From: Desulfobacterales bacterium
Lineage (GTDB): Bacteria; Desulfobacterota; Desulfobacteria; Desulfobacterales; UBA2245
Direction: 5' to 3'
Assembly: GCA_040771865.1 (NCBI GenBank)
Contig: JAXGZF010000006.1
Coordinates: forward strand, 1-64,000
Length of the DNA: 64,000 bases
This document shows, piece by piece, positions 8,301 through 17,458 of this stretch. Numbering within the stretch: the stretch's first letter is position 1; each line of letters starts with the position of its first letter. The notes beneath the pieces are model-generated. The model searched no databases and was not told the DNA's origin. It saw only the letters and a program-made list of their open reading frames with translations. Position numbers and translations under genes: made by a program.

Positions 8301-9897
8301 TGTAATCGATCGTTACTTTTTCCGCACCGCCGGCGTGTTCGCTCGAAACGGCTCGGCCCTGATCATCGTAGGTCCAGGTGGCAAAACGGATGCTGTTTTC
8401 ATCGATAATCCCGGTCAGGGCGTTGGGATAAGCGGGGTTTTCGTAGAGATAGGTCCGGGTTTTCAAATCCGGTTTTGTCACTCCGGTCAGGCGGTTGTTT
8501 GCATCATAGGCGTAAGTGTAAAGGCCGCCGGCGGGGTCTCTCATGGTTTGAATGCGTCCGTCGGCGCTCCAGGCAAACACGAGGTTTCGGCCGAACGGGT
8601 CGGTTACGGAAACAAGCCTTCCCGAATCATCATAGCTTAGCGTCTGCAAGAGACCGGCCCGGTTGGAAATGGACGCAAGCCGCCCATTCGCATCGTAGAT
8701 TTCAACAAAATCTTCGGATGTTGTATATCGCCAGCCGTTCGCGGTCTGTTCCAGGCGGTCGGCGACGTCCGGATCGCCAACCCACTTCTTGCGGCTGAGT
8801 TTGAACCTGTATTCCTTTCCGTCCGGACGGTAGGCGACCGTTTCCTTGCTGTTCACCTTGGAAATCGATCGGTCGTAACTGCCGCGCCAGTTCGCCCCCA
8901 GAGCGCCTGAATACGTCGAAACGCTGTTGTAGTGGCGTTTGAACTCCAGGGGAAACACCCCGGCGCCAGAGTAATCGGTTTCGACCTGATATTTGTTGCC
9001 GATTGCGGCGTGAATCGGATTGCCAGATCGAGGCGCTTCGCAGTCGGGATCTCCGGTATTCTTTCCGATCTGGATCTCTTCACCGCCGACCGTTATGGCA
9101 AAATCGACCTGATCGCCGGGCGCGGCGATCGAGGTTGCGGAAATCAAGTAGGCCCCGGCTTTGCTCCCCCCTGTAAAATACGCCGAAGCCACCCCGTTCG
9201 CATCGGTTGCGGCTGTAATCGATGGTGATCCTGGGGCATCAACAACTGCGGCAAGCCCGGCCTTTGCGCCGTCCGGCTTCTGGGTAAGGGTGAAAACCAC
9301 CGGTTCGCCTGCAAACGGCGTGACCCCGTCCGGATACAGCAGCTGGGCCTGCAAAGGCTGAGTCGAGGAAGTCTTGAGCGCGATGATCTGGTTGTCCCCG
9401 GAATATTTCTTGAATATCAGGGGAACCAGCTCAAATGGCTCAACAATCACGCCGTTTCTATTGAGACATTCAACAAGCCAGGAGCCAGGCGTCTCGTAGT
9501 TAAAGGAAGCAGCCACCTCCCAGATTACATCGTCGAGAAAAGGATGGTCCGCATCGCCGCAGGTCAGCGATCCATTTGTAGAAACCCAGCAATCCGTGTC
9601 GTAATCATATGTTAGAGAACTTGCACCCTTGATGGTGCCATCGGGTCGAATCCAGCGCCAGGTTAATTTTTCGCCGTCCTGCGCATCGTAAATTTCAACC
9701 TCCAGACCCACCATGCCATCTGTTATGTAGACCTGCCCGCCAGTCTGAAAGACGGATTGTCCGTTGTCGGGAAAATCCGCTCGGGTTTCATAACGGTACA
9801 GCCCCCGGGAGAACGCCGAAAAGGCGAAAACCCAGGAACCAGTAAAAATGACAATACACACGATCGCAACAGCCGAAAGCAGGCGTCTCCAACTCAT
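5383..9897 (-). CDS. Rhs/YD-repeat polymorphic toxin with signal peptide, Ig-like domain, DUF6531 and SAA-like C-terminal domain
   Basis: Start MSWRR after an AAGGAGAGG RBS; Sec-type signal; SGDNQ...TDANGVA Ig-like segment; GNPI...FKRHYNS; many YD repeats; core [25 protein letters not shown]...DPYGL; 115-aa tip. Confidence 0.95.
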   Translation of the reverse strand: [1504 protein letters not shown]

Positions 9898-10528
9898 GGA
9901 ATCCTCTCCTTTTTCAGATTGTTTTTCTGATCGTTCTGGATTCAAGTATTTTTATACGGGCGGTTCTTTCAATCTTCTCCCAATTCAGCTCTGGTCGAGT
10001 CATATCTTCAGGCGCTTCAGTACGCGGCGCCCTTCCCTCGCATGGACTTTGTTTCAACAGCCGATCGCAAAACCGGCATTTTCGAAACAATTATTGCATT
10101 CGAACGAGACATGCGACGGTGAACGCCGCTGTTTTGTTTGAGCAAGTCACTCGAATCGTGCAGAGCATCAGGTGCAAGAACGTGAGCCTGAATTCACCCT
10201 CGATTTCCGGAAATCCTCACGATTATTCCGAAGAGAGTTGAATTCTTGATTTTTTCACGCCGCGGAAGGAACTGGCAGGCGCATGGTCGAACAATTCAAG
10301 AGCGGGAATTTCTGTGGTGCGAATTAAAAAATACTTTTAGCGAAATTGTTGGGGTTCGTAAAGAAAAAATTTCGCCGAGATTCATTTTTTGCGAATTTTG
10401 TTGCAACGACTCCGATCTTCGGCTTGATCTGTTTTCAAGATGGTTCGAGGTCGAACCTGGTTAACCAATTGATATTGATCGATAAGTATTGAGAACACCG
10501 CCCGGAATCGGGTTCGACAAAGCGGAAA

Positions 10529-13192
10529 TCACCCGGATTCCCGGTAGCGCGAATCCAGAATGATAACCTTTCCCGAGTCGGTGTCGCTTCGAATCAGCCG
10601 GCCGATGCCCTGCCTGAGCTTGATTCTCGTTTCGTACGCGTACTGACGCCAGTATTCCCGGGGGGTCATGCGGTTTTTCCGGGCCATCTGAATCGGGTCC
10701 CGGGGCGAGGGGTAGGGGATGCGGGTGATGATCACCTGGGTGAGGGTGTCGCCTTTGAAATCCACGCCGTACCAGAAGGTGTCCACCCCAAAGAGCACGC
10801 TTTCCTTGACCGACCTGAACTCGTCGCAGAGATTGACCGTGGGCAGCCCTTTCTGCTGAATGAGCAGGGGGTACCGGCTGTCGGCCATCTTTTCGCGGAC
10901 GATCTCGGCCACGCGGTTCAGGTCCTCGTAGCTTGCAAAAAGCACCAGGGTTCTTCCCCGGTTTTGTTCGATGAGCTCGGGCAGGGCCGTAGTCACGGAT
11001 TCGAGCCAGAGGGCCTTGTTTTCGTATTTCCCGTTCACCGCCGCTGCGGGCACGATGATTTCCACGGCCCTGGGGTCGAACGGCGAGGCGATCCGCTCAA
11101 ACCGAAAGGGCCTGTCTTCCGGAAGGGGCAGCATGCCGGCGATTTTCTGAAAACTGTAAAAGCCGCCCCTGTCGGACAGGGTGGCGGCGGTAAAGATGAC
11201 GCAGTCCTTTTCCTTATAAATATGATCCTGAATCAGTTCGGCCACCTCCACATGGCGGGCCGAGAGGACAAAGTGACGCTGAAAGCGCTGAAAGGCGGCG
11301 ACCATGTCCGGCGCATCCAGCGCAGTCTGAATGAATCCGAGGGCATCGGCAAACTCCCGCAGGCGGCCAAGGGCGGTTTTGACTCTTTCGGCGTTCCGGT
11401 GCTGAATCTTGAACAGGCGGTGGAAAATCGGGTCGGATATCCACTCCATATGGACGCCGATCTGGGCCAGGGAGGTGCGAAGGCCCTGAAGGTGCGGCAG
11501 AATGCCGGAATTTGCCGCAGACGGAATATCCGAAACCTGGGTTGGCTCGCTGCTGATCCGGTGCAGGGCGTCGCTGAGTTGCGTCAGAGCCGAACCGGCG
11601 TTTTCCAGGGCGCTCAGGGCATTGACGATGTTTTCTCCGGGCTGCCCGGCCGCCCTGGGTGCCAGCCGGCGGGCGATGGTTTGCAGGTAGCGCAGAACCG
11701 CCTGAAGCTCGCCGGAATAGATCTCCTGGCCGAAGGCGTTTCGCACAGCGGTTTCAAAATGGTTGGCCTCGTCGATCACGCAGTTGCCGAACACGCCGGC
11801 CAGGGCCGCATCCTGATCCAGCAGCGCCAGCTTGTAGTGGTTGGTTACAATCAGGCGGGCGCTCTGGGCCTCGGTTGTCACGACCTGGGCCGGGCACCGG
11901 ACATGGCGGGGGGTGCAGTTGTTTTTGGCCGAAACCTCTTCGAGCCATTCCCGGAAATCCACCTCGGGCTTCAGGTATTCCGCAAGGGTCTGCCCGATGG
12001 CGTCGGCATCGGTCTGCCGGAAACGGTACACCTTGTTGACCAGATAGAGCCAGCCCAGCAGGCGCTTCCCCGTCCAGTCGTCCTCCAGCAGATGGTCGAG
12101 TTTTTCCGCGCAGATGTAGCTGGATTTTCCCTTGAGAAGCGCGACCGGAACGTCCCGGTACATCGGAAAGACCTGCATGATGTCGGCCAGTTCCCGGTGA
12201 AAGATCTGCTCCTGAAGGCTTTTGGTGTAGGTGGAGATCGCCGCGCGGGCCGAAGGGTTCCGGGTGAGAAATTCAAGCACCGGAATCAGGTAGCCCCGGG
12301 TTTTTCCGGCGCCGGTTCCGGCCTCGAGGGTGAGAACCGCCCCGTCGTTGAGGGCCCCGGCCACATGCCGGGCATAAGCGATCTGTTCGCTTCGAATCCT
12401 GTGGTCGATGCCCGAATCGGCCATGTCCCGGAACAGGGTTTCCAGATATTCCATGGAAACCGGCCGACGGTCTTCGGCAGGTTTCCTTTCCCGGTTCCGG
12501 GAAGCGGATTTTTCCAGACAGGCCTTCCAAGCCCCGTTATCCGGGACGCTGCATGAGGCGAACAGCTCCTCGAAGTAGCGTTGATGATTCCGGGCCGCAT
12601 GGACAAAAGCCGTTCCGAAAAGCGTGTTGCTTTTGCCCAGATAATGGCGCAGGGCTGCTGCTTCCGAATGCCGGGAATCGTTCAGGCATACGCCGCTGAT
12701 TTCACGGACCAGCTTCATGGCCAGTTCGACGATCTCCGGAGCGCTGAAACTGATGGTTTCCCGCGGGCTTTGATGCAGGTGTTCCCAGATGCGCTTGGGG
12801 CTGCTGGATTCCAGGTGCGGAAGAAAAAATTCGGCGGCGAATTCCAGGTCGATAAACCGGGAAACGCCGCAGAAATTCAGAACCTGATCCCTGCAACCCG
12901 GTGCGAACAGGAACACGAAATCCGGTTTTTGTAAAAATTCCCGAAGCCGGCCTCGAACCTGATCCGGGGCCGGCGCCTCGGCCAGCGAACGGCGGGACAG
13001 ATTGGAATGATAGCGCTCGCGCTGTCCGAAGCAGCCGTATCGAACCAGGGAGTCGAAAAAAGCGGTTTTTTGCGGGCTTTCCAGAATCGCTGCGGCGATG
13101 CCGTAAACGCGGTTGCCGTTGTCCTCCCTTAATCCGGCATGGGCGGCGACAAAGGCCAAAGGTCCGATGGTTCCGTCAAAGGCGTCGAGCAT
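10529..13192 (-). CDS. DinG/YoaA-family SF2 helicase with long N-terminal extension
   Basis: EAGTGAGKT, KGKSSYIC, VTNH, IDEAN, FTAATL, FWYGVD, RQGIGRLIR...ILDSR. Confidence 0.9.
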   Translation of the reverse strand: MLDAFDGTIGPLAFVAAHAGLREDNGNRVYGIAAAILESPQKTAFFDSLVRYGCFGQRERYHSNLSRRSLAEAPAPDQVRGRLREFLQKPDFVFLFAPGCRDQVLNFCGVSRFIDLEFAAEFFLPHLESSSPKRIWEHLHQSPRETISFSAPEIVELAMKLVREISGVCLNDSRHSEAAALRHYLGKSNTLFGTAFVHAARNHQRYFEELFASCSVPDNGAWKACLEKSASRNRERKPAEDRRPVSMEYLETLFRDMADSGIDHRIRSEQIAYARHVAGALNDGAVLTLEAGTGAGKTRGYLIPVLEFLTRNPSARAAISTYTKSLQEQIFHRELADIMQVFPMYRDVPVALLKGKSSYICAEKLDHLLEDDWTGKRLLGWLYLVNKVYRFRQTDADAIGQTLAEYLKPEVDFREWLEEVSAKNNCTPRHVRCPAQVVTTEAQSARLIVTNHYKLALLDQDAALAGVFGNCVIDEANHFETAVRNAFGQEIYSGELQAVLRYLQTIARRLAPRAAGQPGENIVNALSALENAGSALTQLSDALHRISSEPTQVSDIPSAANSGILPHLQGLRTSLAQIGVHMEWISDPIFHRLFKIQHRNAERVKTALGRLREFADALGFIQTALDAPDMVAAFQRFQRHFVLSARHVEVAELIQDHIYKEKDCVIFTAATLSDRGGFYSFQKIAGMLPLPEDRPFRFERIASPFDPRAVEIIVPAAAVNGKYENKALWLESVTTALPELIEQNRGRTLVLFASYEDLNRVAEIVREKMADSRYPLLIQQKGLPTVNLCDEFRSVKESVLFGVDTFWYGVDFKGDTLTQVIITRIPYPSPRDPIQMARKNRMTPREYWRQYAYETRIKLRQGIGRLIRSDTDSGKVIILDSRYRESG

Positions 13193-13209
13193 TGCAATTC
13201 TCAGTTACT

Positions 13210-13348
13210 GGGTGTTGAAAAACTGCGCCTGAGGCCGCCATCCAGCGTTACGCGGCTCTCGCCAAGGCTCACATCTGCTTGAATATGCTGCGCTTGTCGC
13301 ATCGCCGCGCGCTTTGTCTGACGGCCTGATTCTTGTTTTTCGTCACCC
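13210..13348. repeat. MITE/REP-like non-coding element with nested inverted repeats
   Basis: Ends GGGTGTTGAAAAAC and GTTTTTCGTCACCC (12/14 inverted match); inner AGGCCGCCA / TGACGGCCT. Confidence 0.55.
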
Positions 13349-13570
13349 CGGCAAGGGTTGGAAAAAAGTACGGTTTGCGCAGAATCCGTCCAATCGGACT
13401 ATAGAGATAAGGCTCCAGCCGTGTCAACAGGGCATTTGCACAAACGCACGTCGGGAAAAATTTTCAAATCCGCTTGAAATGTGCTATTCAGATTTTCATA
13501 TCCTTCATGGCTGCGTCGGCGGTTTTAACAGTTCGGCTGGCTTAAATTTTGAACCGAAACAGGAACGGAC

Positions 13571-13909
13571 ATGAAAGTACCCTGGGCGTATCTTCGCAAG
13601 GGCTGAAAGTCGAGCCAGAAGGCTTCGGAGTTTCTGGAGTCCAACGGAATCGGAATTGAAACGCGAGTTGATGCCCGAAAGGAAAAAATCGGTCCGAAAG
13701 CCGCGATGAGCCTGGTTTCAGGCGCCGGCGAGGTCTGGACCCTCAAAGGAAAAAAGATCCGGATTCTGAATCCGGAAAAAGATGCTCCGGCCGAAATGCT
13801 GGCGGCGATCATCGGGCCCACCGGGAACCTCCGGGTTCCGTCGCTTCGAATCGGTGACCGGCTGGTCGTAGGCTTTCACGATGGCGCTTACTCTCAACTT
13901 CTGCTTTGA
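13571..13909 (+). CDS. ArsC/Spx-like thioredoxin-fold selenoprotein (in-frame TGA at 13604-13606)
   Basis: AGGA RBS, then MKVPWAYLRKG-U-KSSQKASEFL..., in frame with the 67-aa track ORF (...IIGPTGNLRVPSLRIGDRLVVGF); hairpin follows the TGA. Confidence 0.85.
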
Positions 13910-13922
13910 CAAGGAGCGTGGC

Positions 13923-14753
13923 ATGCAGATCGAACACTTCAAATCCGGGCGCATGGTGTTTATCGGCGCCGGAAACATGGCCGAGGCGATCATCAGGGGC
14001 CTTCTGGCGGCCGGCGCGATGCAGCCGGATCAGATGGAGGCTTCGGATGTGAGCGAGAGCCGCCGCCGCCATATTCAGGAAACTTACCGGATCGGCGTCT
14101 GCGCGCAAAGCCGGGACATGGTCCGGCGGGCCGACCGGGTGATTCTGGCCGTCAAACCGCAGGTGGCGCCCGCCGTACTGGCCGAAATCGGCCCGGAGCT
14201 GGAATCAAAATCCCTGATCTCCATCGTGGCGGGCCTGACGATTTCCGCCATCAAGGACCGCGCGGCGCCTTCCTGCCGCATCATTCGAACCATGCCCAAC
14301 ACCCCGCTGACCGTGGGCGAGGGCATGATCTGCCTGGCGCCGGATGCCGCGGCTCTGCCCGGAGACGTTCAGTGCGCCCAGGCCGTTTTTCAGACCGTGG
14401 GACGCACGCTGGTCGTCGATGAAGGCGCCATGGACGCGGTGACCGGCCTTTCCGGATCAGGGCCGGCCTATGCGTTTCTGATCATCGAGGCTCTGGCCGA
14501 CGGCGGGGTGAGAATGGGACTGCCCCGGGAGACCGCTCAGATTCTGGCGGCTCAGACTCTGCTGGGCGCGGCCAGAATGTGCCTGGATCTGCCCATGCAT
14601 CCCGCCCAGCTCAGGGACCAGGTCACCTCGCCGGCCGGCACCACCATCGCCGGCCTGCACCAGCTTGAAACCGCCGGTGTGCGGGCCGCGCTGATCAACG
14701 CGGTCGAAGCCGCAACCCGGCGATCAAAAGAGCTGGGAAAGATTTCCAGGTAA
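13923..14753 (+). CDS. proC: Pyrroline-5-carboxylate reductase
   Basis: FIGAGNMAEA, LAVKPQ, RTMPNTP, LSGSGPAY, VTSPAGTT; start after an AAGGAG RBS. Confidence 0.97.
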   Translation: MQIEHFKSGRMVFIGAGNMAEAIIRGLLAAGAMQPDQMEASDVSESRRRHIQETYRIGVCAQSRDMVRRADRVILAVKPQVAPAVLAEIGPELESKSLISIVAGLTISAIKDRAAPSCRIIRTMPNTPLTVGEGMICLAPDAAALPGDVQCAQAVFQTVGRTLVVDEGAMDAVTGLSGSGPAYAFLIIEALADGGVRMGLPRETAQILAAQTLLGAARMCLDLPMHPAQLRDQVTSPAGTTIAGLHQLETAGVRAALINAVEAATRRSKELGKISR

Positions 14754-14795
14754 TGCGGGTTCCGGCGGCAATGATCGAATTGCCGCCGGAACTTT

Positions 14796-16112
14796 TCAGA
14801 AAGCAATATTCAGCTGAACACTGAGGATGTCCACGGACGCGTCGAATGTTCCCTGCAGCGCGCCGCGAAGCTGATCTTCACCGGTTGCGGACTTGTTGAT
14901 CTCCGGATCATCCAGAAAAAGGTGCGCGTACCCGATATCGATGCCGAAGCGATCGGAAATCTTGTACCCCATGCCGAAAGCCGCCCAGATGCGATCTTCG
15001 CAGGGAATGCGGGGGGTGCGGTGCTGTGCGTCCGGAACCGGTGTTTCATCAAATGCCACGCCGGTTCTAAAGGTCCAGTTTTCGTTGGCATAGTAGGTCA
15101 GACCCAGGGCGTAGCGCCACGTATCCTCCCAGTTCTCGGTGGTAACGCTGTCCGGAGTGTTGTCGTCAAAAGTGGCTTTCAGTTCGTCAAAAAGGCTCCA
15201 CTTGGTCCAGGTGACATCGGCCATAACCGCCCATTTTTCAGCGAACCGGTGATAAAGGCTGATGGAAAAGGTATCGGGCAGATCGATGCTGGCGGAGGCG
15301 CCGCCATCCGAAAACATGTTCAGCGCGGCCAGAGTCGACGTCAATGCCGCCGGAACGTTGTAATCAATTTTCCCGTCGATATCATGCTGAATGCTGGAGC
15401 GGTAGGCAACACCGAAACGTGTGTTTTCGCTCAACTCGATAAGGGCGCCCAGATTGAAGCCGTAAGCCCAGTTGTCGCCGCTCAGCTCCGCCTGCCCGTC
15501 TACCTGCTGGGGGGTGAGCCCGTAGGCGCTGAAAATCGTTCCAAAATCAACGGCATTTGACAGTTCGGCATCCAGATACTGAATGTTGAATCCGCCTCCC
15601 AGGCTGAAATAGGAGTTGAACCGGTAGGCCACGGACGGGTTGATGTTGGCCGAGATCACAGAAGACTTGAGGGCGTGATAACGGCCGACCCAGGTGCGAT
15701 CGTAGTCTGTGGTGAACCCGAAGGGAGCGTTGACGCCCATACCGAATGCCAGTCCGTTATCCAGGTTTGCGACGTAATAAAAATTCGGCGCCACGTTCGG
15801 ATCCGGAGCATTGCCGGAGTTGCCGCCGGTCAGGGGGGCTCCCGAAACATGCGTGGATCCTTCGTTCTTGAACTCCGCCTTGGCGCTGATGTAGTGTCCC
15901 GCAAAAAGCAGCTGCTGCCCCTGAAGCCGGGTCATTCCGGCCGGGTTGAAATATACCGTCGAGGCGTCTTCAGCCGCTGCGGCGCCTCCGGCAAAGGCGT
16001 TCCCCAGGCCGCTGACGCTCTGTTCAATCAAGGCGAACCCCGCTGCAAAAGCCGTTTGAACCGAAAACAGAATAACTGCAACAATTCCAAGAAAAGTCAA
16101 CCCTCGCTTCAT
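14796..16112 (-). CDS. fadL: FadL/TodX-family outer-membrane long-chain fatty acid channel
   Basis: AGFALIEQSVSGLGNAFAG, YFNPAGM, C-terminal Phe. Confidence 0.93.
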   Translation of the reverse strand: MKRGLTFLGIVAVILFSVQTAFAAGFALIEQSVSGLGNAFAGGAAAAEDASTVYFNPAGMTRLQGQQLLFAGHYISAKAEFKNEGSTHVSGAPLTGGNSGNAPDPNVAPNFYYVANLDNGLAFGMGVNAPFGFTTDYDRTWVGRYHALKSSVISANINPSVAYRFNSYFSLGGGFNIQYLDAELSNAVDFGTIFSAYGLTPQQVDGQAELSGDNWAYGFNLGALIELSENTRFGVAYRSSIQHDIDGKIDYNVPAALTSTLAALNMFSDGGASASIDLPDTFSISLYHRFAEKWAVMADVTWTKWSLFDELKATFDDNTPDSVTTENWEDTWRYALGLTYYANENWTFRTGVAFDETPVPDAQHRTPRIPCEDRIWAAFGMGYKISDRFGIDIGYAHLFLDDPEINKSATGEDQLRGALQGTFDASVDILSVQLNIAF

Positions 16113-16419
16113 AACATCCTCCTGAGATTAAAGTAATATTTTCGTCTTATATCTATATTCAAGTTACTATTGCAAGTAAAAACAGATGATTGATGTATAA
16201 AAAACGATGTACTCGCAACTGCTCAATTTTACACATTATTACACACGGTTTTCCGTTTGAGGGCAGAAGAACCGGAGTTGAATGCCGGTGCTTCTTGAAA
16301 ATTACCATGGATTGTGTCTATGGATAGCTGAAGAAATCGGAACAATTCGAGTTTGAGGCGTCGCGGGTCATCAACGCGCCATACGAATCATGCACGCTTG
16401 TTGATGAAAGGAAAAAACC

Positions 16420-17457
16420 ATGCATATGGCGGATGCTCTGATATCTCCTTCCGTGGGCCTGACCATGTGGGGAGTGTCTGCCGGCCTGATGGGATACTGT
16501 TCCAAAAAGATTCAGGACGGCCAGAACGATGAAAAGATTCCGATGATGGGCGTGCTGGGCGCTTTTGTGTTTGCCGCCCAGATGATCAATTTCACCATTC
16601 CCGGAACCGGTTCCAGCGGACACATCGGCGGCGGCATGATACTGGCGGCGCTTCTGGGACCGCACGCGGCCTTTCTCTCCATGGCCGCCATACTGACCGT
16701 TCAGGCGCTGTTTTTCGGCGACGGCGGTCTGCTGGCCCTGGGGTGCAATATTTTCAATCTGGGTTTTTTTCCCTGCTTTATCGGTTATCCGCTTATTTAT
16801 AAATTCATTGTTCGGCGTCCGAACTCAAGAAACATTCTCGCCGGATCGATGCTGTCCGTCGTCACGGCGCTTCAGCTTGGCGCGCTGGCGGTAGTTCTGG
16901 AAACGGTACTTTCCGGCATTTCCCAGCTTCCCTTTCGCACCTTTGTTCTGCTGATGCTGCCCGTTCATCTGGCCATCGGCGCCGTTGAAGGGCTGATGAC
17001 ATCCGGAATCATCGGATTTGTCTGGAAAGCCCGGCCTCGAACGATCGGAGAAACCCTGCATCCGGAGTCAGCGGTTTCCGTGAAAAAGCTGGCGGCCGGT
17101 TTTCTGGCTGCAACGGCGCTGACCGGAGGCTTTCTCGCATGGTTTGCGTCCTCACATCCCGACGGCTTGGAATGGGCGATTGAAAAGGTCGTCGGCGCCG
17201 AAAGCCTTCCGGATTCTGAAACCGCGATTCACCGCGTTTTTTCCGATTTTCAGAACCGTACCACGGTCCTGCCGGACTATTCCTTCCCATCCGGAATCAG
17301 GGAGGCGGAGACAACCCCCGCCTGGCCGGCCGTTGATTCGGGCGCCACGGTATCCGGTCTTGTCGGCGCAATGCTGGTTCTGGCGCTTTGTTTCCTAATC
17401 GGAACGGGCCTCAGGGTACTGAACCGGCGCAGATCCGCGCCGGGCGACAAGGCCTGA
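16420..17457 (+). CDS. cbiM: Ni/Co ECF transporter substrate component (CbiM/NikM fused to a PDGLE domain)
   Basis: MHMAD N-terminus, AFVFAAQMINF, GSSGH, ASSHPDGLEW. Confidence 0.9.
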   Translation: MHMADALISPSVGLTMWGVSAGLMGYCSKKIQDGQNDEKIPMMGVLGAFVFAAQMINFTIPGTGSSGHIGGGMILAALLGPHAAFLSMAAILTVQALFFGDGGLLALGCNIFNLGFFPCFIGYPLIYKFIVRRPNSRNILAGSMLSVVTALQLGALAVVLETVLSGISQLPFRTFVLLMLPVHLAIGAVEGLMTSGIIGFVWKARPRTIGETLHPESAVSVKKLAAGFLAATALTGGFLAWFASSHPDGLEWAIEKVVGAESLPDSETAIHRVFSDFQNRTTVLPDYSFPSGIREAETTPAWPAVDSGATVSGLVGAMLVLALCFLIGTGLRVLNRRRSAPGDKA

Positions 17458-17458
17458 A

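Noticed and set aside
9946..10528. Riboswitch or small gene upstream of Rhs
   Set aside because: No c-di-GMP or other recognisable motif; the short ORFs lack RBS and family features.
10964..12556. 530-aa + strand ORF
   Set aside because: Antisense shadow of the GC-rich helicase gene, with no recognisable motifs.
10529..13192. DinG as type IV CRISPR CasDinG
   Set aside because: No cas genes or repeat-spacer array are visible; the neighbours are housekeeping genes.
16113..16419. Cobalamin riboswitch or NikR box before cbiM
   Set aside because: No B12-box or convincing spaced palindrome found by eye, so Ni versus Co specificity is left open.
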